From NCBI GenBank assembly GCA_020137815.1, contig CM035350.1, positions 9,176,001-9,240,000 on the forward strand: DNA of 64,000 nucleotides, given 5' to 3'. This DNA comes from Hormiphora californensis (lineage: Eukaryota; Animalia; Ctenophora). Position 1 is the first letter of the stretch. The number at the start of each line of letters is the position of its first letter. Below the pieces are notes generated by a model. The model did not search any database, had not been told where the DNA came from, and saw nothing but the letters and a program-made list of their open reading frames with translations. This document shows positions 23,706 through 33,469 of the stretch, piece by piece. The translations under genes and the position numbers were made by a program.

Positions 23706-26094
23706 ATGTCTACAACAGCCTCAACAGCAGCAGCAGGGTCACCACCTACAACTAGCATTGAACAGCAGAATATCAGCTCCTATGTTAACTCTAGCAGGTA
23801 CAGTTAACTTTCTCTCGATGTGCCATTTCTCTCGATATAAAGGTTGTGCAACTTTCTGAAAGCAAAAGTAACACTGCCTCTTCATATTATTTGATCATCC
23901 CGCTTTTTCCCCAACAGGTTCCCTAAGGCGTCCTCTCCCATCCAAATGATCCTATTCGCTGTTACCCTCCCACTGTGTCTATCACTGGCCCTTATTCGAC
24001 TATTCCTGGGTCTACAAGCCCTTATCATATTATGTATCATGCCGAAACGATTGAAACTCCGGAGGTATGTTGCAGATCTTTTATTGTTCTTATTTTGACA
24101 GTTGCCATGGGCGTGAACCCCCTCTCCCCCTTACCTGTTAGGGGATTCAGTTGATTAACTACTTTTGAGATTACGTGCTAACACAGTTATTACCCCGTCA
24201 GGTACTTTTTAAGGCTTGTCCTAATGCTGATAGGAGTGTTTTTACACGTGGAAAAGCCACCTAAAAAGTCCTTCAAGCCAGCGGTATGTACCATGAGTTA
24301 TTTTATCTCCCGTAATTCATCGCAGAATTCTACTGATCGTCCTCCCTTGTTCCAACCCTCCCTCACACACCCCCTATCTTCTCACAGCCCCCTCCCTCAC
24401 ACACCCCCTCTCTTCTCACAGCCCCCTCGCTCACACAGCCCCCTATCTTCCCCCCCCCCCTCCCTCACCCCACTTCTCCCCACAGGTTATTGTCTCGAAC
24501 CATGTGTCAGTTCTGGATCGCCTCCTTGTAGAGTGCTGTATGCCCTGCTATACGGTAAGGCGCGGACACTCCCACCCTTTCAAAGTTTTCCTAACTTTGC
24601 GCGCGAGGGTGCGCAGCGCCGCGTTTACCGGCTGTGTCTTCAACAACACTGAGAGTTTACCACCTGAGTTTGTGTTTACCACCTGGGTTTGTGTTTACCA
24701 CCTGGGTTTGTGTTTACCACCAGCCACATTGTCTAAACACACATTCAACTAACATTTTGTTATTTTCCCACAGTTAAGTGTCAGAGATATTCCACTTCTT
24801 GTGAGACTGGTTGTCGGTTCTCTGGACATGACGCCCCGACACGAGGCACCCCCACCCACTGCAGTCGCTAAAACCCATCTCGACAACTCAGATGTCCCCA
24901 TACTAACCCTACCTGAGCAGATGATGACGAATGGAGGGGGTCTACTGAAGTTTGCCAGTTGGCCCTTTAGCATCAGTCCCGATGTGCAGATTGCATGTGT
25001 TGAGGTGAAAAGGTTGCATTTCCTGAGGCCAAATCTGTCCCATGTGTTTTCCAGCTCGACAAGTGACTTCTTTTGGTGTCTCTTCTCACCTGCACATTTC
25101 GCTACAATCAGGTAGGACTGAGGTGAATAAAGGGTGAATAAGGGAGGAATAGTATAATTAATATCTTGTCTCACAAAATATTGTCCTCTCTGAACCGAGC
25201 CGAAGGCAGCGTGCGAGACATTGCAGTTATGTAGTATGACAATTAAACCATGAATGTTTATTAGGTTTCTGTCTGTTGGAGAAGACTGGAAAGACCGGAA
25301 TCCTGAACAAAAGGCCAGCTTCACACAGACTCTAATAAGCAACGAGTTAGGTGTACCTGCCCTAAAGCTAACATGTCATGACGTCAACGAGCACAAGAAA
25401 AGTTTGGTGAAGGAGCAGGTGGTGGATCTGGATAGTCTTGTTAGGCAGGTGGTAGAGGTGCTGCCTAACATACCTGAATCAGAGATACGGGCTGACCTTA
25501 GTGAGTGTAAAACATGTGAAATTTAGCCACTCATCAATCCTATTGATGATGTCAATATAATGGCACGGTGACAAACTTCAAAAAATTTGCATTAGTACCG
25601 ATTACACCCCCCCCCCCCCCAACTCAAACGTCCCATTATCATTCACTTTTCCCTACAGTGAGGACACGAGACACAACCCAAACGATTTACAACCTGGTCA
25701 AGACGGCTCCTAGGTCCGTGCCCAACAAGTCTCAACTAAAGAACACCGCGACAGCATCAGCTGGTACTGCTGGTGGTACTGGGAAGGCCTCTGGAAGTGT
25801 TTTTAAGAACCCAGTAGCGAGAGCAAACATGTTGGAACTGAAGAAGGCTGAACTCATCGCCAGCGGAAGAGCGTGAGTATTATTTACTTTGATTTTCATT
25901 GACATATCATGAGTTATACTTACCTTGCCTATCTCACCACGGGCTTAAACAAAACAAAGTTACACCTATCTCGTCCCCAAGTCACGTAATCGCCCATTCC
26001 ACCCTCTAACACCATCTAAGTTCTAACACCATTTTCTTCTTTGTTATATAGGAGGTATATTGAGAAACACGGGTTGACCAATATCGATTCGTGA
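23706..26094 (+). CDS. AUP1: Ancient ubiquitous protein 1 (lipid droplet/ERAD factor)
   Basis: Eight exons. Hydrophobic hairpin (LPLCLSLALIRLFLGLQ), acyltransferase-like VSNHVSVLD and PEQMMTNGGGLLKF, CUE (VRQVVEVLPNIPESEIRADL), G2BR (RANMLELKKAELIASGRA|RYIEKHGL). Confidence 0.9.
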
Positions 26095-26404
26095 GGAGAC
26101 ATGGTGACTAGCCAGCTACCATTAAGACGTGTTATGTTCTAACCCTCCTTTACACGGCAACGGATACTGGAGAGAGGGTCGAGCTAATTGGGACTGTGTG
26201 CATTGTGTATCATGAAAATTTAACATTTCTTTGAAGGATATTATCTTTTTGTGTTTGTGTATCATAATAATTAGTTGGTTGAGAATATATGTTCAATTTA
26301 GAGAGTTCCCCCTCTATCATCTGCGTTTCCTCTCTACTCATTTCTTAACCCCATCCACACCTAACCCCACACATCTCTATAGCTCCCTGTCTCTTCCGGT
26401 TACC

Positions 26405-26889
26405 ATGACATCTATTCCTGTCTGCGAGGGTGTTTCCAAGATAGTGATCCAAGAGGGTAGTGGTAAACCCGTTACAAAGGGCTCCAGTGTGACTGTCAAC
26501 TGTACCGGCATGTTGACCTCCGGTATGAAGAAGTTCTGGTGTACCAAGGACCCCGGACAGAAACCATTCACTTTTAATGCTGGAGTTGGACAGGTAGGAA
26601 ACCATCTCAAAATGTTGCCTCCACCCCTCCACAAAATGTTACATACCCCCCCCCCCTCCCTACAAAGTGTTACATGTCCCCCTCCCTACAAAAGTTTACC
26701 AATTACCCCTTCTCCCCCTGCTAGGTGATTGCTGGATGGGACCAGGGATGCCTAACCATGCGAGAGGGAGAGACATCCCGGATAACCATGACCGGGGAGA
26801 AGGGATACGGTGCGGGTGGTTTCCCTGCCTGGGGTATTCCTCCCAACGCTTCTCTCACCTTTGAGCTTGAGATCGTCCGAGTTGCATAA
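26405..26889 (+). CDS. Single-domain FKBP peptidyl-prolyl isomerase (plant FKBP12-type signature)
   Basis: Exons 26405-26613 and 26725-26889: ...VTVNCTGMLTSGMKKFWCTKDPGQKPFTFNAGVGQ|VIAGWDQGCLTMREGE...GYGAGGFPAWGIPPNASLTFELEIVRVA*. Confidence 0.93.
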
Positions 26890-27333
26890 ACGCAGGGATA
26901 TCTTCATTTTTTAAACAATTTTCATATTTTTCTTTTACACAGTTATTATATAGCGAGTGTGCTGTTAGGAGTGTTTATGGTAGTGTGGTGCTGCAGATGT
27001 TTGACATTGTTTTTTGTCCCTATTTTCCTACGAAATTAATGTCCCAACACCTCCCATTTCTAACCTCCCAATCCCAACCCGTGTACCCCCACTAAACATA
27101 ACAACCCTCTAGATGCCCCACTAAAACCCTTCTCTCCTGTTGGGATCCCAATCCCAACCCTTTCCAAATCCCACCCCCTCCAGATGCCCCACTAAAACCC
27201 TTCTCTCTCTATAGGATGTCCCACTAAAACCCTTCTCTCCTGTTGGGATCCCAATCCCAACCCTTTCCAAATCCCACCCCCCCCCCCCCAAATCCCACTA
27301 AAACCCCTCTCTCTCTCTCTCTCTCTCTATAGG

Positions 27334-29059
27334 ATGTCCCACGCGGTAGTGAACGCTGACCGTGAGACTCTGATCCAGTGTCCCTATGACCCTGTACACA
27401 TGGTATCTGAAATGAGGATGCCCTACCACCTCATTAAATGCAGGGCTAACCACAATGCTGCTGAGTACGCGATGTGCCCCTATGAGGCCCGCCACATAGT
27501 CCCCAAATCCCAGTTAACAGCCCACCTCGCCACGTGTGACAGGAAGGCCATTGTGGAGCCTCAGTTGGTATTCTCGGCACCCACCAATATGAGGGCCAAC
27601 ATCCCTGAGAGTAGGGGAGATAGTCTGTTACAGGAGGTCAGTAATGAGTGGGACTTTGAGGCCCCCGCTGCAGGAGCCACCAACAGGGTAGTCACCCAGA
27701 CCGTCCACAACACCTTCCACTCTGTGGTTAACAACAGGGGCCAGGAGCCAGTTGTGGTGGACCGGAGGGAGTACCCCAGACCTCCTAGTGCGGTGGAGAA
27801 GGGAGGGAAGGGTGGCAAGGCTAGGGGTCTGGGACGGGGATCCAGGAGGACAGCTGGGGTAGCATCTAGTAGCTCTCTGGCGGGTGGATTTGATGCCTTC
27901 CAACACCAACCCGAACCAGAGCCATCTTGGGAGCAGCCAAGTGAATTCCAGGATGCCTTCGAAGCTGGGATCTCAAAGGGACGGGGCCGAGCGGGGGAAA
28001 TGCCACGACGACCCCACGCTGGCTCTAAGAAAGGGTCAGATAAGGGGAGCAAGGATGGTAGCGAGTGTGGGAGTTACACATTCTCTGACTACCCAGCCAG
28101 CGAGTCGAACAGTTATTATGGTGGGGCTTCTTCAGTCAACACCAACCCGACATACCCAGGCTCCTCTCCCCGTACTCCAATAAACTCATCAATAAACTCA
28201 TTTGCTAACCTTAGCATCGCATCACAACCATCCCAGACATCCCAGTACAATTCCTCCCCTTCACAGCCTCAAAACTCCTTCGGTGCCCAGTCTCAAAACT
28301 CCTCTCCTTCTCAGTTCCAAAACTCCTTTGCTTCACAGCAGAACTCCTTTGCTTCGCAGCAGAACTCCTTTGCTTCGCAGCAGAACTCCTTTGCTTCCCA
28401 GCAAAACTCCTTTGCCCAGTCCCATAACTCCTTTGCCCATCACACAAGCCCTGTCAATTCCTTTGCCGGGTCTGTATCCAGTGGTCCAGCCTACTCTACT
28501 CAGTCTGCACCTCCTTTCGTGGCACGAAATACAGTTCAGGTGACTTTTTGTTCAGGGCCCGACCGGGGTCCCCACCCGGCCTAAAATATATAGAAAAACA
28601 TGTCTTGTTTACATTTGTGTTTTAACTTTGTTTTGAGACTCATCATTCCATCCCTTTCTCAGGAGGAACTGATGAAAGAGAGAAGGAAGGTAGAAAAGAA
28701 AATCAAGGAAGCCAAGATACTGAATCAGCGGTTAGAGGGAGGAGAGATTCTCGAACAGAATCAGGTACCCACTAGCTGACATTTTCATATTTCTCTCTCT
28801 TCCTCCGGCCTCCCCTCTTTTTTCATCACTTCCCCGCATCCATAGTTTTTCCTCCCCCCTTTCCTTCACTTTCTCTTCATCCCCCCTCTTTCCCTCACTT
28901 TCTGGGATGGTGCTATTCTCAACTTGCCTCCCGCATAAATCCTTTGCCTACTGATCCCCTTCTTTCTTACAGGTCATGAAGGCTGGATCTCTGGCAACTT
29001 GGCAGAATGAACTGAACCTCCTTAACAACAGGATCTCCCAACTACCTCTCCGATCATAG
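27334..29059 (+). CDS. GTSF1: GTSF1/Asterix-like tandem CHHC zinc-finger protein with long low-complexity region
   Basis: CPYDPVH..H..KC and CPYEARH..H..TC at the N-terminus; exons 27334-28539, 28663-28764, 28973-29059. Confidence 0.78.
28318..28437 (+). repeat. 21-bp coding repeat (QNSFASQ, about 5-6 copies)
   Basis: cagaactcctttgcttcgcag repeated in frame. Confidence 0.85.
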
Positions 29060-29271
29060 TTCTACCCTCTCACCTGACCCTGGGAATTAGATTATCCTAG
29101 GAGAGTGAGAAACTGACGGTGGTGGGGAAAAGAGACCGAAAAGAGACAACATTGTTTTTAAATCAAACGTTATTTTTTACAAATTATTAACCATAGATAT
29201 CTATTCTGTATTATTTTGAAAGTAATTTTGGGATTTATTTTATTTCGGTATCGCTGTACGTAATAGACACT

Positions 29272-32200
29272 ATGGCGGCTTGTGGAGTTGGAATCGGGCG
29301 TCGTCCACATGTAATCCTCTCAAATCTCCGGTGTGTCTACCAGAACCTCTCCTTGGAGAACTGGCTGCTTCAGAACTGGAACTTTGCCAAATCAGATTGT
29401 CTGCTGGTGTATCGGAACAAGCCTTGTGTGGTTATTGGGAGGTTCCAGAACCCCTGGAGGGAGGTGAATGTGGCTGAAGCTCAACAAAAAGGTACAAGTT
29501 GTGCCATCTCCCTCAATCCTTCCCAACCGTGTACCTCTCATGACTCACAATCTTCAGATCAGTAGAATTCTGATTAGTGACCCCCACCTCCGTATTAATT
29601 GTTTACCATTCTCTTCCTGCTCAGGTATTGACATTGCCCGGCGGGTCAGTGGAGGCGGAACGGTCTACCATGATTTGGGGAATGTAAACTTCTCCTTCTT
29701 CACTGATAAACCATCTCACTGTCCTGCTAAAAATCTTACCTTCCTCTCCGGTAGGTGTATTGGAAGGGTTGTATTGTAAGGTGTGGGGCAAGGTACATTC
29801 GGACACCGATTTACCAGGCTTTCACACCCGAACATCCTGGTAAATCGGTATCCAACTGTAAATTATTATTCTCCTGAGTCATGAGATGGGGGTTTGCAGT
29901 TCACCCGCAGTTCATGATGAATTACTATCGAAATCGATTCATATTAGGTTGTCCAGTAAAGATTTTCGTTTGGCATTTTTGGGAAAATGGTTTGAGATCG
30001 AGCAAAATGGACTTCACCACCGTTTTTCTCGCGCGATTTTGGATCGGAATAGTATGCCTGATATCGGTATATGGCTGTTCTGGGGTCCCAGCAGGCTATT
30101 TTCTCTACCCCACTCTTGTTGCCGCTGTCCGGGGTTACCAAAGTTTTTTAAACGCTGCCCTAAGAAAACTGGTACAGACTTTTTAGCTCCAATGGTGCTT
30201 AATCGATAGCAAATCGTCTAAGGATGAAATATATATGCGATTTTGGTCTCTACGCGTTCGCTAGGAACCACTAGAACAGTAAATGGGGGGGGGGCCCGCG
30301 TGAATTTAATATCCATGTCCTAAATAAACACGTCCGACTTTAATGTCCCTGGGACATTAAAGGACATTAAAAGACATTAAAAGACATTAAAAGACATTTA
30401 ATTAAAACATGAATTTTCAGCTATTATTAAACTAAAATGGCGTTTTCAACCACTTAATATTTACTCCTAATGTCCCCTCTATCGATTCCAACCAATACCA
30501 TAGATATTGGGGGTGATTACGCATCATTTTAGGGTGGCCCGGTACCTCGAAGCGAACCCCGGAAATTTTGAAGTTTTGGACTAAATTTCAAGGTTTTCAA
30601 GTGAAAATAGCCCCGATTTTGATGAAACTCAGTCAGAATGGTCTTTGGTGTCTAATTAGAAGTCAAAAATTTTTTAAATGCTCAAATCCTAAATTTAGGT
30701 TTTTCTAGGATTTTTAGGTTTTTTTTGCTTTTTATTTATGGGTTTCAGGAACGTCCTAGAACAAAATAAACAGAACCATCTTTCTCGGCGTGAAATTCTG
30801 CATCGATTATAGTGGCTACAAACCTTTCTATGACGTAAGGTAAAAACCTTTGGTTAAAACATGTGGTAAGGTTTTTTAGGTTTTATTCGTTACACAGACA
30901 TCGCAGATCAAAATGGTTTTCACTAAAATGATTTCCGCATCATCAATACACGTCGATTGAGTACCTATAACATGGTTTTCTGACAAGAGGTTCGCCCGTT
31001 AGCCTAAAACATGTACCCGCCCCTATAACATGTACCCGTTTGGGATTTTTTGGGATAACTTCTTAACCTTACGCCATAGAAAGGTTTATAGCCACTATAA
31101 TCGATGCAGAATTTCATGCCGAGAAAGTTGGTTTTATTCATTTTGTTCTAGGACGTTCCTGAAACCCATAAACGCCAAAAAACCTAAAAAACCTAAATAT
31201 CGTAAATTTTGGGTTTGAGCACTAAAACTTTTTTTACTTCTAATTAGACACCAAACACTATTTTGACAAAATCGGGGCTATTCTCTACTCGTTTCATAAG
31301 ATGATTTTGAGATATCGTCTAGGCTAGAATTATGCACATGTAAAAGAGGCACCGCACCCACAGCCCACACAAAAGCAAGCCTAATCACCACTGAAAACTA
31401 ATGAACATTCATTGGAATCGAAAGATGGGACCTTTAGTAGTACATTGGTGGTAGATATGTTTGGTAACACATTTTGAAATGGCTTTTGGAAGTTATAATT
31501 TAATGTCTTTTAATGTCTTTAAATGTCCTTTAATGTCTTTTAATGTCCTAAATAAACACGGGCAATTTAATGTCCCAAAAATCGAGGGACATTAAAGGAC
31601 ATTTTAATACGCGGGCCCCCCCCCAGTAAATGTAACATGGGAAAGTGAAAAATGCACATAAAAACTGGCCCGTTTTGGGGTACATGTTCGAAAACGTCAA
31701 TTAGTCACTTTAAAAGTCAACCAATCACATCATTGGCTTCACTATGTCTTACAACTTACTTAGAGCTATCTTTTACTGCAGAGTTTTCGATTATAAGCCA
31801 ATCCTGAAGAGACCCGGAAGTGAAAGTTTCTAATTTTTACCAAAAATTTTTGGAGGCCCATTGCTCAGTGACAAAATTAAGATAGGATGTTTTATTACAT
31901 CTTGAACGGTAGGTAATTGTCCAATGAACAAGCTTGATGCAACAGAACATCGCACCGGTACCATTTTTAAGAAGTACAGCAGCTTTAGTACTAAAACTCG
32001 AAAATCGCGATTTTCCATAAACAGCGGCAACAAGAGTGGGGTAGAGAAAATAGCCTGGTGGGAACCGAGAACAGCCATATACCGATATCAGGCATGATAT
32101 TCCGATCCAAAATCGCACGAGAAAAACGGTGGTGAGGTCCATTTTGCTCTATCTCAAACCATTGTCCCATAAAGAGCGAAACGAAAATCTTTACTGGACA

Positions 32201-33239
32201 ACCTAATAATTATCATACCAGGAACCGACCGAATCAGAAAATACTGGTCCCTGATTGGCTGATAACCAGTCACGTGACCTAAATAACGAGTTCTGATTGG
32301 TTGTTTACTTATTTCGGTCGGTTCCTGTATCATACAGCCACCCCCTGTCTAATGTCACAATGATTATTCTAGAAGTTATGCCTCTCCATTATTTCGAGGC
32401 TCCTCCCCTCCATTGTACCTACTAGACTGTCCTCACACCCTTCTGCAGCCCACCCAGTAAATGTTATCACCTCTCCCCCTGCAGACACACTGAATCAGTG
32501 GGCGGACCTGGGATTGAAGACGAACAAAAGACATGATATGAGTATTGGGGAGGCCAAGGTGACCGGGAGTGCCAGTCGAATCATCCGTACAGGTATATCC
32601 GACAATCAACAGCCCAATACACATGTTTAGACCATTGTCTACCTACTCGGAAATCATATCATGTTTAAAATATTGACTTGATCATCTACTGTATACGAAC
32701 AATCCTATTGTAATATACCTACTTCAAACCCCTTTTTCCCACTCCCAGGTTCATTTCACCATTGTACCCTCCTGGTTACATCCTCCCTCTCCTCCCTCTC
32801 TTCAGTTCTCCATGGTGACCCTCACATAACAACCTCCATAGCAACCGCTTCTGTTCCCTCCCCGGTAACCAACCTTGCCTCCCACTCATGTGACGTCATA
32901 GTCACGCCAGGTCACGTGATAAGTCACGTGACATCCTCCTATCTCGCCCGTTATGATGTTCATTTCCCGGAACCCGAGTTACCTTGGACACCTGAACAGG
33001 ACACAGCAGGGGAGGTTATGGTCGTGGATGAGCTACCGGGAGTGGCGGATGAACCTGATCATAAAACATGGGGCTGGGTGTTTGGTAGGACACCAAAGTT
33101 TACCCGCTCCTTTGGGGATGGGGTCGAGGTGGTCGTGGATAAGGGAATTGTGGTTGAGGTATCGGATAGGAGTTTGAAGGAGGTAGTTGGGACTCGGTTC
33201 AATCAAACAACAATTCAACAAATGTTATATTTCAACTGA
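29272..33239 (+). CDS. LIPT1: Lipoyltransferase 1 / lipoate-protein ligase A family
   Basis: Exons approx. 29272-29491, 29625-29750, 32486-32592, 32749-33239. NKPCVVIGRFQNPWRE, RRVSGGGTVYHDLGN, KVTGSA, HHCTLL, WGWVFGRTPKF. Confidence 0.93.
29796..29858. mobile_element. 63-bp TA-flanked hairpin MITE
   Basis: ta|cattcggacaccgatttaccagg ... cctggtaaatcggtatccaactg|ta. Confidence 0.7.
29944..32206. mobile_element. Non-autonomous mariner-like element with ~185-bp TIRs in LIPT1 intron 2
   Basis: TA|TTAGGTTGTCCAGTAAAGATTTTCGTTT ... AAACGAAAATCTTTACTGGACAACCTAA|TA. TTAGGTTG termini are as in Hsmar1-type mariners; there is no transposase ORF. Confidence 0.88.
30286..31623. mobile_element. Nested DNA element with poly-G/poly-C termini and 9-bp TSD (Mutator-like)
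   Basis: CAGTAAATG|GGGGGGGGGCCCGCGT ... ACGCGGGCCCCCCCC|CAGTAAATG. Subterminal GACATTAAA repeats at both ends; internal inverted block ~30605-30840 / 31063-31283. Confidence 0.82.
32219..32327. mobile_element. 109-bp hAT-type MITE
   Basis: TIR CAGGAACCGACCGAA; perfect 8-bp TSD TATCATAC on both sides; second copy at 34300. Confidence 0.9.
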
Positions 33240-33469
33240 TTAAATTATACAATGGAATCATTTTATTTTGCTAGCTAATTTTAGTATTGGGTATTCGCCG
33301 TTTGTTGAATTTGAATCCGTTCCCCCAACTTCAGAACTCCGTGATACCTCCCTTATTTTAGCTTACTACGCCTATCCTCCCATATAATATTCCTGTCACA
33401 AACCTATTTCTAACCACCCTGCCCGGCCCAGCTCTATAACCACAGTCCACACATCACATCTAGCAGACA

